This document shows positions 25,843 to 36,291 of a stretch of DNA of 44,535 bases, one piece after another. The position numbers and the translations under genes were made by a program. This DNA comes from Gemmatimonadota bacterium (GTDB lineage: Bacteria; Latescibacterota; UBA2968; UBA8231). The stretch spans positions 68,165 through 112,699 of the forward strand of contig JAYPJE010000001.1 in assembly GCA_038128265.1 (NCBI GenBank), read 5' to 3'. The notes beneath the pieces were generated by a model. That model did not search any database, was not told the origin of the DNA, and was given only the letters and a program-made list of their open reading frames with translations. Each line of letters starts with the position of its first letter. The stretch's first letter is position 1.

Positions 25843-28800
25843 CTAGGCGTCTTTCTGGCGCAGCCCCTCTTCTAAGCGCGCCCATCCCATTTTTTCCCGA
25901 ATAACGTAGCGCACGTCCTCGGTCACCCAGTACAGGCAGGGGATGACCACCAGCATCAGGGCGGTCGCCGTGGTCAGTCCGTAGACGATGAGCGTGGCCA
26001 GCGGTGACCAGACGGCCGACTTACCCGTCAGGCCGAGGGCTATGGGTAGCACGCCGCCGACGGTGGTTACAGTCGTCAGCAGAATGGGGCGCAGGCGCTT
26101 GGAGGCCGCGTCGAGTATGGCTTCGCGCACGGAAAGTCCGCGCTGACGCGCCGTGTTGGCAAAGCTTATGAGCACGATCGAGTCGTTCACTACTACGCCG
26201 GACAGACCTACCATGCCGTAAATGGCGGTGATCGACAGGGGGTAGCCGTTGGCGATGAGACCGACCATGGCACCCGCTAGAGCGAAGGGAATGGTGGTGA
26301 GAATGATGAAGGGTTGGACCAGCGAGCGAAACTGCACGACGAGAATAAAAAAGATGCACATGGCGCCCAGGCCGAAGAGCAGGATAATATTGTCGAAGGC
26401 CTGGTCGAACTCCTGAAACTGCCCTCCGAAGACCAGCGAATAGCCCGGATGGGCCGGAGCGATTTGCCGCTGAAAATAGTCATTCAGGTCGTCTACAGTG
26501 CGCGCGGCGGCACCCGTTTCGCTCTCTTCGGCATAGACGGTGATCGTGCGCCGAAAATCGCGGCGCTTAATTTCGCTAAAACCCGTGTCGCGGCGCAGGT
26601 CGGCAACGGAGCCGAGCCGCACGAATTCGCCGCTCGGCGTGCGCACATCGATATCTTCGAGGCGGCTGCCCGAAGTGAACCAGTTCGGCGCATAGCGCAC
26701 GAGAATCGGGCGCTCCTCGTCTTCGGCGCGAAAAGTGCCGGCCGGCTGGCCGTTGAGGGCGCTCTGGAGCGCATAGCCCACGTCCATCGACGTCAGTCCG
26801 AGGCGCTGCGCTTCGGCGCGCTTGAGCTGGTAGGTTAGCTCGCCCTTTCCCGGCACGTAGTCGTCGCCGATGTTGATAAGGCCGGGGTGCGTTGCAAGGC
26901 GCGCCTTGAGCTGTTCGGCGATGGCGTCGAGCGTCGCGTAGTCCGCGCCCTGTATTTTGGCTTCGATGGGAAAGTCCTTGGGCGGCCCGTTTTCGATGAT
27001 CTTAACGCGCACTTCCTCTTGTGTATACCCCATCTGTGCAGCTTCCAGCCGCACGTACTCGACCATGTCCTCCAGCCGTCCCTTCACTTCTGAGCCGTCC
27101 GCTATATCGACGATAACCTCGGCGTAGTTTGGGCGCGTAAAGGTGCGGCTCTCGGTGTTCTGCACGCCGACGTTGACCAGCACGCGCTCGATGTGTTGGG
27201 CGTATTCCTCGGGCATGGCGCGCACGATATCTTCGAGCTGCTGGCTGTGGCGGTCGGTCTCGTCGAGCGCCGTTCCCTCAGGCAGAGTCAGCCAGACGGC
27301 GAAATAGCTCTGTGGATCGGAGCTAAACAACTCTTGGCGCAGCTGTGGAAATACGAAGCTGGCCGAGACCAGAATGGCCGTGGGGACGCCGATGGAAACG
27401 GCGTAGCGCCGCCAGGATGGCAGGATCGTTGCCAGCAGTCCAGCATAGCGCTGCGTTAGGCGTTCGATGCGACCGTCTAACGGACTCATTTGTCGTCCAC
27501 CGCCAAAGTCGGCGATATGCGACGGCAAAATGAGAAAGCACTCGATGATTGAGGCGACCAGCGTCAAGCTGACGGTGATTGGAACGACCTTGAGGAATTC
27601 GCCGATCGTTCCGGGCAGCAAGACCAGCGGCATAAAGGCCGCAATGGTCGTCAGGGTTGAAGTCAGCACCGGCGATAGGACTTCTTGAGTGCCGACAATG
27701 ACCGCTTCCGTGCGCTTCCAGCCCATTTGTAGATAGCGATAGACGTTCTCGATAACGACGATGGCGTCATCGACGACCATACCCAGCACGAGGACCAAAC
27801 CGAACAGCGTGTTCTCGTTGATCGAAGAGCCCATGAGCTTGAGTAAGGCAAAGGCCAGACTAAAGGCGATGGGGATGCCGATGGCCGTCAGCATGCTGTT
27901 GCGCCAGCCGATAAAAAGCCACAGGACGACGATAACGAGAACGCCGCCAGCCAGCGCGTTGGTCTGTAGGTTGACCAGCGCGTTGCGCACGCGGACCGAC
28001 GTGTCGTTTACCAAGTCGATGTACATGCCGCGCGGCAGCGTCTGCGAAAATTCCTCGATGCGCTGATGGATTTTGTCGAGCAGGTCCAGCGATGAGCCAA
28101 CGTCTTTTTTGGTCACGCCGAGAGCGATGCTGCGCCTTCCCTCGAGGCGGGAACGCGCTTCCTCGCGCGCGTAGGTGTCGACGACCGTCGCTACCTGATG
28201 CAGGCGCACGTGATTGCCTTGGGGGTCGCGCGATATAACGGTGGATTCGACGTCTTGCAGGGTGCGAAACTGTCCCTGGTGGCGCACTAGGAATTCCGAT
28301 GTGCCCAGCTGCAGGGTGCCGGCCGGTATGTCGGCGTTTTGCATCGCAATGGCTGCGCCAATATCGCCCAGCGCCAGGTTGAGCTGGCGCGCACGCGGTG
28401 GATCGACCTGCACGTGGACCTGGCGTTCGCGGTCGTCGAAGAGGAATACGCGGTCCACCTCCCAAAAGTTTTCTATGGCGTCACGCAGGTCGTCCGTGCT
28501 TTCGCGCAGCTGCCCGTAGCTAATGTGCTCGTCGCCGCTGAGCGCAACCTGGACGAGGGGGATAAAGTTGGAGGACTTTATTTTTATGTAGAATGGATCG
28601 AGAACGGCATCGGGTAGGTTGACGCGGTCGATGGCCTGGCGCGTCTCTTGATATTGGCGCTCAAATTCATCGGCTGAAATATCCTCAAACTGCATTGAGA
28701 ACTCGACGCTGCCCTCGCTGGAAATCGAATTGAACTGGCTGACGTAGTCAATTTTTTCCAGCTCATCTTCGGCCGGTTGGGTAATTAGGCGTTCGATATC

Positions 28801-28974
28801 GGCGGCCGAAACGCCGGGGTAGGACAGCACGACAAAGAGCCACTTGAGGTTGACGGGGGGCAGGTATTCCTGCGGCATCGTCACGTAGGCGCCGGCGCCG
28901 CCCAGCAAAAAGCAGGCGCTGAGCAGGTTGGCTATGAGCGGATTGGCGACGACCCAGCCGAACAGTGATTTCAC
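25843..28974 (-). CDS. RND-family efflux permease (AcrB-like)
   Basis: 1043 aa with two large periplasmic loops; GMVVDDAIVVIEN and RLRPILLTT proton-relay motifs. Confidence 0.93.
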   Translation of the reverse strand: MKSLFGWVVANPLIANLLSACFLLGGAGAYVTMPQEYLPPVNLKWLFVVLSYPGVSAADIERLITQPAEDELEKIDYVSQFNSISSEGSVEFSMQFEDISADEFERQYQETRQAIDRVNLPDAVLDPFYIKIKSSNFIPLVQVALSGDEHISYGQLRESTDDLRDAIENFWEVDRVFLFDDRERQVHVQVDPPRARQLNLALGDIGAAIAMQNADIPAGTLQLGTSEFLVRHQGQFRTLQDVESTVISRDPQGNHVRLHQVATVVDTYAREEARSRLEGRRSIALGVTKKDVGSSLDLLDKIHQRIEEFSQTLPRGMYIDLVNDTSVRVRNALVNLQTNALAGGVLVIVVLWLFIGWRNSMLTAIGIPIAFSLAFALLKLMGSSINENTLFGLVLVLGMVVDDAIVVIENVYRYLQMGWKRTEAVIVGTQEVLSPVLTSTLTTIAAFMPLVLLPGTIGEFLKVVPITVSLTLVASIIECFLILPSHIADFGGGRQMSPLDGRIERLTQRYAGLLATILPSWRRYAVSIGVPTAILVSASFVFPQLRQELFSSDPQSYFAVWLTLPEGTALDETDRHSQQLEDIVRAMPEEYAQHIERVLVNVGVQNTESRTFTRPNYAEVIVDIADGSEVKGRLEDMVEYVRLEAAQMGYTQEEVRVKIIENGPPKDFPIEAKIQGADYATLDAIAEQLKARLATHPGLINIGDDYVPGKGELTYQLKRAEAQRLGLTSMDVGYALQSALNGQPAGTFRAEDEERPILVRYAPNWFTSGSRLEDIDVRTPSGEFVRLGSVADLRRDTGFSEIKRRDFRRTITVYAEESETGAAARTVDDLNDYFQRQIAPAHPGYSLVFGGQFQEFDQAFDNIILLFGLGAMCIFFILVVQFRSLVQPFIILTTIPFALAGAMVGLIANGYPLSITAIYGMVGLSGVVVNDSIVLISFANTARQRGLSVREAILDAASKRLRPILLTTVTTVGGVLPIALGLTGKSAVWSPLATLIVYGLTTATALMLVVIPCLYWVTEDVRYVIREKMGWARLEEGLRQKDA

Positions 28975-30044
28975 GGCGTCGGGCTCGGGGCGATCTGCCG
29001 CCGGGCGGCCGGCTGCACGCGCAGTCCGTCGGCCATCAGCGAGCCGCCGGCGGCTACCGTCTGGCCGGCGCTTAGGCCGTCGGTGACGAGAAATACGCCG
29101 CCGGACAATTCACGCCCAATGGTCACGGGATGCTGGCGCAGGTGCATCGTGCCCTCGCGCTGCTCGGCGACATAGGCGTAGGTCGTGCCGGCAAAAGAGC
29201 GCAGGGCGTCCTCGCTGACGAGCACGCCGTCGAGTATGCGGCCGCTGGTTAGCTCGATGGAGGCCAGCGTACCAAAGGCGCGTGGCGCGTCATTGACCGC
29301 CTGCAGCTCGATGGCATAGCGGCGCGATTGTGGGTCGGCAACGCGTGCAAACGAACGCAATCGAGCTTGGAAGGGGGGACTGCCATCGCCGGGTGTCACG
29401 CGCGCCGATAGGCCGTTTCTCAGCCACTGGACCTCGGCGCTAGAGACCGCTGCGCGCACTAGTAGCGTATCGGTTGCGGCCAGGCGCACGAGCGGTTGGC
29501 CAGCGGCAACGGCTTCGCCCACTTCGCCGTAAATGGCGGCAATCTCCCCGCTAAACGGAGCGCGAAGCGCGCTGTTCTCCCAGTCTAGCTCGGCCATGCT
29601 GAGCGCTGCGCTGGCCGCTTGCACGCGGGCTGCTGCGCTGGCCTTTTCGAAGGTCGCCCGTTCGAGTTCTTCGTCGCTGGCCGTATCGTTGGCGTGCAGT
29701 TGGCGCACGCGCTGCCAGCTCTGCTCGGCGAGTAGAGCGCTGCTGCGCGCCGCATCCAACTCGGCGCTGCGCATCTGTTGGATTAGGGTAAAGCGCTGTG
29801 CGTCCAGGCGCAGCAGAACGTCTCCCCGCCTAACCGGTTGCCCAATGAGCACTTCTTTTGCGGCGATGGTGCCGCCAACTTCACAGGCCAGTTCGGCTTG
29901 CCGATGCGGATGCAGCGTGCCGTCCAACTGCATTTGCAGCGGCAGCGATACTCTTTCGAGAACAATGGTGTCGACGCGCGGCCATTCATCTGCGCCCAGT
30001 GCGCCCGACAGAATGCAGAGCAGTAGTGCAAGTTGTGCATACAT
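28971..30044 (-). CDS. RND periplasmic adaptor (membrane fusion protein)
   Basis: EVGGTI...VRRGDVLLRLD, helical hairpin, LRAPFSGEI; GTGA overlap with the permease. Start at MYAQLALLL (30044) preferred. Confidence 0.88.
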   Translation of the reverse strand: MYAQLALLLCILSGALGADEWPRVDTIVLERVSLPLQMQLDGTLHPHRQAELACEVGGTIAAKEVLIGQPVRRGDVLLRLDAQRFTLIQQMRSAELDAARSSALLAEQSWQRVRQLHANDTASDEELERATFEKASAAARVQAASAALSMAELDWENSALRAPFSGEIAAIYGEVGEAVAAGQPLVRLAATDTLLVRAAVSSAEVQWLRNGLSARVTPGDGSPPFQARLRSFARVADPQSRRYAIELQAVNDAPRAFGTLASIELTSGRILDGVLVSEDALRSFAGTTYAYVAEQREGTMHLRQHPVTIGRELSGGVFLVTDGLSAGQTVAAGGSLMADGLRVQPAARRQIAPSPTP

Positions 30045-30114
30045 GTGCGAGACCCGAGAGGTTACAGCTGGAAAGGCGGGGGTATGGCCCCGCATATCGG
30101 TCTGAGGATAGCAC

Positions 30115-30146
30115 AAAAAATGGGGAGCGCAAGAGCGCGCTCCCCA
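30115..30146 (-). terminator. Rho-independent terminator after the symporter
   Basis: TGGGGAGCGC/GCGCTCCCCA stem followed by T6 on the minus strand. Confidence 0.8.
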
Positions 30147-30168
30147 CAGTTGTTTACGCGGCGGCTCG

Positions 30169-31695
30169 CTATTGGTAGCGCTTCATTTGGCCGCTCTGTA
30201 GGCGACTCCAATACTCGTTCAAGCGCTCTTTAATTTGCGGACTGAGCAGGATGCCGCCGATGATGTTGGGAAAGGCCATGCTGAGAATCATCAGGTCGGA
30301 AAAGTCGATGACATTTTTCAGCTGGGTGACGGCGCCGACAAAGACAAAGAAGACAAACAGCAGGCGGAAAACAATCATCGAACCGGTGCCAAACAGATAT
30401 TCCCAAGAGCGCTCTCCGTAATACTCCCACGAAATCATCGTCGAGTAGGCAAATAGGCAGATGACGACGGCCAGCACATACTCGGCGCCGGGGATTACCG
30501 AGCCAAACGCCATTGCCGTCATTTCGGCGCCTTTGCCCTGTAGGTTGGGATCCTGGTAGACGCCGGTTAGCATGACGACCAGCGCGGTCATGGTGCAGAT
30601 GATAATGGTGTCGATAAAGGGTCCGATCATGGCGACGATACCCTCGCGCGCCGCTTCTTCCGTTTTGGCCGCCGAGTGTGCAATGGCCGCCGAGCCAATG
30701 CCGGCCTCGTTGGAAAAGGCCGCTCGCGTAATGCCCGTAACCATGATGCCCAGCACGCCGCCGTAAAGCGCATCGCCGCTAAAGGCCTGGCTGATAACAA
30801 GCGAGAACATGGCCGGCACCTGGCCGATGTTTGACAGGATAATGAACAGTGCGCTGACGACGTAGAGTAAGCACATCGTCGGCACGAGGCGCGACGTCAC
30901 GTTGGCGATGCGGCGAATGCCGCCTATGATGACGACGCCGACGAGTGCGGCCAGTATCATCCCGACCAGCCAGTTGTAGGTTTTGAAAAACGGGCTCAGC
31001 GTGCCTAGGGCTTCCAGTGTTTGGTTGGACTGAAACATATTGCCGCCGCCCAGCGAGCCACCGATGCACAGCAGGGCGAAGACGACCGCTAGGGTGCGGC
31101 CCAGCGGCTTGAGGCCCTTGAGCTCGAGGCCCTTCTCCAAGTAGTACATCGGACCACCGGTAACGCGTCCATCGGGATGAATGTCTCGGTACATAATCGC
31201 CAGCGTACACGAGGCGAGCTTGGACGACATGCCGAAGATTGCGGTTACGATCATCCACACCAGTGCCCCCGGACCCCCCGTGCCGATGGCCACCGCTACG
31301 CCGGCAATGTTGCCCAAGCCGATCGTGGCCGAAAGTGCGCTAGTTAACGCCTTGAAGTGCGAGATTTCTCCGGGGTCATTCGGGTCGTCGTAGATGCCTC
31401 GGATGACGTCGATAGAGTGGCGGAAAGCGCGAATGGAGAAGAAGCCAAAAAAGAGCGTGTAATAAATGCCGCCGACTAACAGCACGCCGACGATAAAGGG
31501 AACGCCGGTGCCGAAATCAAACAGCAGGATCGAGGCCAGCCAGCCAACGGTGCCGCCGAGGATATTGTCCAACTCGCCTAGGCGGCCCTGAACCCAGCTG
31601 TTCTGGCTAGCTTCTTGAGCGCCTGCTGGCAGAGAGGACAGCAGCAGTGAGATCATTGCCCACGGGGCCCACGGGCTTCGCTTTAAAGAGCGCAT
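30169..31695 (-). CDS. Alanine/glycine:cation symporter (AGCS family)
   Basis: LSATIGLGNIAGVA, GGPGALVWM, GGPMYYL, RAAFSNEAGIGSA, FIDTIIIC. Confidence 0.95.
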   Translation of the reverse strand: MRSLKRSPWAPWAMISLLLSSLPAGAQEASQNSWVQGRLGELDNILGGTVGWLASILLFDFGTGVPFIVGVLLVGGIYYTLFFGFFSIRAFRHSIDVIRGIYDDPNDPGEISHFKALTSALSATIGLGNIAGVAVAIGTGGPGALVWMIVTAIFGMSSKLASCTLAIMYRDIHPDGRVTGGPMYYLEKGLELKGLKPLGRTLAVVFALLCIGGSLGGGNMFQSNQTLEALGTLSPFFKTYNWLVGMILAALVGVVIIGGIRRIANVTSRLVPTMCLLYVVSALFIILSNIGQVPAMFSLVISQAFSGDALYGGVLGIMVTGITRAAFSNEAGIGSAAIAHSAAKTEEAAREGIVAMIGPFIDTIIICTMTALVVMLTGVYQDPNLQGKGAEMTAMAFGSVIPGAEYVLAVVICLFAYSTMISWEYYGERSWEYLFGTGSMIVFRLLFVFFVFVGAVTQLKNVIDFSDLMILSMAFPNIIGGILLSPQIKERLNEYWSRLQSGQMKRYQ

Positions 31696-32597
31696 TAGCT
31701 TTTTTCTCCATTGCTTTGTAAGAGGGCCTGCAGCTGCTGCAACTTGTCCGGCTGCATGTGCATGGTATTTTCTGGAGCGGGAAAGCGCAGGGCCTCTACG
31801 TCGTTGCGGAAGCGAGTAAATACTTCGCGCATCTGCTGATGCACGTTGGCATAGGGCGTGGCCAGCGTCAGGGCCGTATCGGATATGCCCAGCAAATCGT
31901 TGACCACGAGCACTTGACCGTCGCAGTGAACGCCGGCGCCGATGCCAATGATGGGAATGCGTAGGCGCTCGCTAATAATTTGTGCGGCCTCTTCCGTGAC
32001 CAGTTCTAAGACGATGCCAAACGCGCCGGCATCTTCGAGGCGCAGCGCTTCTTCTAACAGGCGCTGTGCCCCCTTGGGGCCCTTGCCCTGAAATTTGGGC
32101 ACGGTGCCGCGGCGCTCGCTGAACAGGTAGAAATCGCGCACCTGGTACTGCGGAGTGAAACCGAGGTGACCCATGATGGGGATGCCGGCATCGGCGATGG
32201 CGCGGACCTGGGGCAGCACGGGCGTGCCGCCTTCTAGCTTGATGCCCTCCGCTCCGCCCTCTTGCACTAGGCGGCCGGCGTTGACTAGCGCTCTTTCCAC
32301 GGAGGGTTGGTACGCCATAAAGGGCAGATCAGCCAGCAGGAACGCGCGCTCCACTCCGCGGCGCACAGCGCGCAGGTGATGCAGGATATCCTCCATCGTC
32401 ACCTGCTGTGGCGAGCGGTAGCCGAGCACGTTGGTGCCAAGCGAGTCGCCGACAAAGACGATGTCAATTCCGGCCTCATCTTGCAGGCGCGCCGTCGGGT
32501 AGTCGTAGGCCGTCAGCATGCTGATCTTTTGCTGCTGACCCTTTTTGGCCTGCAGCTGAGCGACGGTCGTTTTTTCGCGGGAAACGTCGTTGGGCAT
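31695..32597 (-). CDS. panB: 3-methyl-2-oxobutanoate hydroxymethyltransferase
   Basis: MLTAYDY, VGDSLG, ADLPF, KLEGG, GHLGFTPQ, GIGAG, DGQVLV. Start is ATG 32597 or GTG 32603. Confidence 0.93.
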   Translation of the reverse strand: MPNDVSREKTTVAQLQAKKGQQQKISMLTAYDYPTARLQDEAGIDIVFVGDSLGTNVLGYRSPQQVTMEDILHHLRAVRRGVERAFLLADLPFMAYQPSVERALVNAGRLVQEGGAEGIKLEGGTPVLPQVRAIADAGIPIMGHLGFTPQYQVRDFYLFSERRGTVPKFQGKGPKGAQRLLEEALRLEDAGAFGIVLELVTEEAAQIISERLRIPIIGIGAGVHCDGQVLVVNDLLGISDTALTLATPYANVHQQMREVFTRFRNDVEALRFPAPENTMHMQPDKLQQLQALLQSNGEKS

Positions 32598-32621
32598 AAG
32601 CACCTTGGCTGAATGCAGTCA

Positions 32622-32650
32622 ATAATATATAGGCCTGCGCCGGGCTGCAA
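32622..32650 (-). promoter_or_regulatory. sigma70-type promoter of panB-symporter
   Basis: TTGCAG-N17-TATTAT on the minus strand. Confidence 0.55.
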
Positions 32651-32799
32651 GCTGCGCGGTCGGCGCTCATACCAAACCACTTACGTAATGGAGGGCCGGT
32701 GCGCGCACGCCGGTGACCGATTTGCACGCGATAGGGGGGCTTTTGTGGCCTCATTTTTTGCCATGCACGGCTTTGGTCCGCGCGGCGGACGCATCCGCC

Positions 32800-32828
32800 T
32801 TGACAGACTACGAATGCGGATTTAAACT
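32800..32828 (+). promoter_or_regulatory. sigma70-type promoter of the nqr operon
   Basis: TTGACA-N17-TAAACT. Confidence 0.75.
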
Positions 32829-32915
32829 AGATCGCTTAGTTTCGAGGTGTAAGCCCACGCACAGCTCCGGAGCTGCTTATGGCTCCTTTCTCAGAGGGGA
32901 TCGTTCTCATCAACT

Positions 32916-34262
32916 ATGGCTAGCAGTCGCATACAAGTGAAGAAAGGCCTCAGCCTGCCCATTACGGGTTCGCCCGAGCAGGTGATAGAAGAAGGTGCGG
33001 CCGTTCGCCATGTGGCCGTCATCGGAACGGACTACATCGGCATGAGGGCCACCATGGCCGTACAGGAGGGCGACCAGGTCGCCTTAGGCCAGTTGCTCTT
33101 TGAAGACAAGAAAACGCCCGGCGTGCGCTATACCTCTCCCGCCAGCGGCAAAGTGGTCGCCATCAACCGGGGTGCCAAGCGCATTCTGCTGTCGCTGGTG
33201 ATCGAAGTGGGCGGCGATGCCGAAGAGCGCTTTGAACAATTCTCCGACGTGGCGCCCGATGGGCTCAGCCGCGAGCAGGTGCGCGAAAAGTTGGTCGCCT
33301 CAGGGCTGTGGACGGCCCTGCGCACGCGTCCGTACAGCAAAGTGCCCTCGCCGGACAGCACGCCGCATTCGCTCTTTATCACGGCCATTGACACCAATCC
33401 ACTGGCTGCCGACCCCCAGGTGGTTCTGGCCGGCAGCGAGGCGGATTTTGCCCTCGGTGCCAGCCTGCTGAGCAAGCTCAGCGACGGGCCGACCTACTTG
33501 TGCAAGGCGCCGGGATCATCCATTCGCGCCGAAGGGTGTCAGGAAGTCGAATTTGCCGGTCCGCATCCGGCCGGTCTACCGGGAACGCACATTCACTTTG
33601 TCGATCCAGTGGGCCCCAAAAAGACGGTTTGGTACATCAATTACCAAGACGTTGTAGCGGTGGGCAAGCTTTTTACGAGCGGTCGCCTCTCCTGCGAGCG
33701 AGTCATTGCCCTGGCGGGTCCACAGGTCGCGCGACCGCGCCTCGTGCGCACGCGCCTGGGAGCCAACCTGAGTGAGTTGACCAGCGGTCAGCTGCAGGAC
33801 GGCGAAAATCGAATCATCTCCGGCTCCGTATTTGCGGGCCGCGCGGCTGCCGGGCCGCTCGACTTCCTCGGCCGTTACCACATGCAGGTTTCGGTGTTAG
33901 CGGAGGGGCGCGAACGCGAATTCCTCGGCTGGCAAAAGCCCGGTGTCGATAAGTTTTCCGTCAAAAACGTATTTGTGTCCAAGCTCCTGCCCAGCAAACT
34001 CTTCAATTTCACCACCTCTATAGAGGGCAGCGATCGCGCCATGGTCCCCATCAGCGCCTACGAGAAAGTGATGCCGCTCGACGTCGTGCCGACGTTTTTG
34101 CTGCGCTCGCTGATCACCGGGGATACGGATCAGGCGCAGCTGTTGGGTGCGCTGGAACTGGACGAAGAAGATCTGGGCTTGTGCACGTTCGTATGTCCGG
34201 GTAAATACGAGTATGGGCCGCTTCTGCGGAAAAATCTCGAACAGATTGAACTGGAAGGATAA
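32916..34262 (+). CDS. nqrA: Na+-translocating NADH:quinone reductase subunit A
   Basis: [40 protein letters not shown]; operon order. Confidence 0.97.
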   Translation: MASSRIQVKKGLSLPITGSPEQVIEEGAAVRHVAVIGTDYIGMRATMAVQEGDQVALGQLLFEDKKTPGVRYTSPASGKVVAINRGAKRILLSLVIEVGGDAEERFEQFSDVAPDGLSREQVREKLVASGLWTALRTRPYSKVPSPDSTPHSLFITAIDTNPLAADPQVVLAGSEADFALGASLLSKLSDGPTYLCKAPGSSIRAEGCQEVEFAGPHPAGLPGTHIHFVDPVGPKKTVWYINYQDVVAVGKLFTSGRLSCERVIALAGPQVARPRLVRTRLGANLSELTSGQLQDGENRIISGSVFAGRAAAGPLDFLGRYHMQVSVLAEGREREFLGWQKPGVDKFSVKNVFVSKLLPSKLFNFTTSIEGSDRAMVPISAYEKVMPLDVVPTFLLRSLITGDTDQAQLLGALELDEEDLGLCTFVCPGKYEYGPLLRKNLEQIELEG

Positions 34263-34271
34263 GATAGAACG

Positions 34272-35489
34272 ATGAAGCTGCTGCGAGACTTGTTGGATCA
34301 GGCCGAACCGCTTTTTCACAAGGGAGGCCCGCTGGAAAAGGGCTACGCGCTTTTTGAGGCGGCCGACACCTTTCTGTACACGCCCGGTAGGGTGACCAAT
34401 GGGCCCACGCACGTGCGCGACAGCATCGATCTCAAACGCACGATGATCACCGTAGTTGTCGCGCTCATCCCGTGCATCTTCATGGCCCTCTGGAATACGG
34501 GTTATCAGGCGAATTTGGCCATGCAAGAAATGGGCCTGTCTTCGGCTGGGGGCTGGCGCGGCGTGGTCATGGACATTATTGGCCTTGGCTACTCCCCCTC
34601 CAGTTTTATCGCCAATATGCTGCACGGCGCGCTCTACTTTCTGCCGGTCTTTCTCGTGTGCAATATGGTTGGCGGCCTGTGGGAGGGACTGTTTGCGACC
34701 TTGCGCGGTCATGAGATTAACGAGGGATTCCTCGTTACGGGCATGCTATTTCCGCTGACGTTGCCGCCGACTATTCCCCTGTGGCAAGTTGCTTTGGGTG
34801 TCAGCTTCGGTGTGGTTGTCGGCAAAGAGGTCTTCGGCGGCACGGGCAAGAACTTTCTCAACCCAGCGTTGACCGGTCGCGCCTTCCTCTACTTCGCCTA
34901 TCCGGCGGCTATCAGCGGTAATGCGGTGTGGGTAGGGGCTGACGGCTACACGCAGGCTACGGCCTTGGGTATTGGGGCAGAAAGCGGTATGAACGCCGTG
35001 CGCGAATCGGTATCTCTGATGGATGCCTTCCTGGGAACGATTCCCGGGTCGATGGGTGAAACGTCGGCGCTGGCCTGTTTGATCGGCGCCGTCATATTGA
35101 TCGTGACGGGTATAGGCTCTTGGCGCATTATCGTGAGCATGGCCCTGTCCACGTATATCTTCGCCGAACTGTTGCACATGATTGGCAGTGATACCAACCC
35201 CATGTTTCAGATGGACGGTTTGTGGCACATGGTCGTCGGCGGTTTTGCTTTTGGCTGCGTCTTTATGGCTACGGACCCCGTATCGTCATCGATGACGGAA
35301 AAAGGACGCTGGTTTTACGGTGCGCTGATTGGTGTCATGACGGTGCTTATTCGCGTAATCAACCCGGCTTTTCCCGAGGGCGTTATGCTGGCTATCCTGT
35401 TTGGCAATGTGTTCGCCCCGGTAATCGACTACGTCGTTGTGAACGCCAACATCAAGCGGCGCCTAGCCCGCACTGTCCTCAGTAACTAG
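34272..35489 (+). CDS. nqrB: Na+-NQR subunit B
   Basis: [41 protein letters not shown]. Confidence 0.97.
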   Translation: MKLLRDLLDQAEPLFHKGGPLEKGYALFEAADTFLYTPGRVTNGPTHVRDSIDLKRTMITVVVALIPCIFMALWNTGYQANLAMQEMGLSSAGGWRGVVMDIIGLGYSPSSFIANMLHGALYFLPVFLVCNMVGGLWEGLFATLRGHEINEGFLVTGMLFPLTLPPTIPLWQVALGVSFGVVVGKEVFGGTGKNFLNPALTGRAFLYFAYPAAISGNAVWVGADGYTQATALGIGAESGMNAVRESVSLMDAFLGTIPGSMGETSALACLIGAVILIVTGIGSWRIIVSMALSTYIFAELLHMIGSDTNPMFQMDGLWHMVVGGFAFGCVFMATDPVSSSMTEKGRWFYGALIGVMTVLIRVINPAFPEGVMLAILFGNVFAPVIDYVVVNANIKRRLARTVLSN

Positions 35490-35501
35490 GAGAGATTGCT
35501 C

Positions 35502-36290
35502 GTGGCTCAAGACACAGTAGGAAGAACGTTTAGTATTGCTCTGGGCGTCTGTCTCGTATGCTCCGTTTTGGTTTCGGTGGCCGCAGTCTCGTTGAAGCCG
35601 ACACAGGCCGTAAACAAAGCGCTGGACAAGAAACGCAATATTCTCATGGCGGCCGGTCTGCTAAAATCCGGAGAGAGCGCTGGGGCTGCTCGCATAAACG
35701 AGCTGTACGGACAGATTGAGGCGCGCGTGATCGATCTGTCTACGGGCGAGTACTCCGACGTGAGCCCAAGTGCATTTGACGGGCGCAAGGCAGCCGTTGA
35801 TCCGGCGCAGAGTGTGGCGATACCGGTTGAGAAAGATCTCGCCGGTATCAAGCGGCGCGCCAAGCTATCCGACGTGTACGTCGTTTCAGAAGGGGATCGC
35901 ATCCGCAAAGTTATTTTGCCGATCAACGGCAAGGGACTGTGGTCCACGTTGTACGGATTCTTGGCGCTTGATGCCAAAGACCTCAATACGATTCGCGGCT
36001 TGGTCTATTATGAGCACGCCGAAACGCCTGGTTTAGGTGGCGAAGTTGATAACCCGAACTGGAAAGCGCTGTGGGACGGTAAGAAAGCATACGGCGAAGA
36101 TGGCCAAGTGCGGATTGAAGTGCTCAAAGGACAAGTGGTGCCGGGAAATCCTGCCGCGCAGTATCAGGTGGACGGCCTTTCGGGGGCTACTATTACGGCG
36201 CGCGGCGTTAAAGATATGCTGAGATACTGGTTGGGCGAAGAGGGTTTCGCCCCGTATCTCGACAAATTGCGCGAGCAAGGAGTGAGCTAA
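35502..36290 (+). CDS. nqrC: Na+-NQR subunit C
   Basis: [25 protein letters not shown] site; GTG start after GGAGAG. Confidence 0.96.
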   Translation: MAQDTVGRTFSIALGVCLVCSVLVSVAAVSLKPTQAVNKALDKKRNILMAAGLLKSGESAGAARINELYGQIEARVIDLSTGEYSDVSPSAFDGRKAAVDPAQSVAIPVEKDLAGIKRRAKLSDVYVVSEGDRIRKVILPINGKGLWSTLYGFLALDAKDLNTIRGLVYYEHAETPGLGGEVDNPNWKALWDGKKAYGEDGQVRIEVLKGQVVPGNPAAQYQVDGLSGATITARGVKDMLRYWLGEEGFAPYLDKLREQGVS

Positions 36291-36291
36291 T

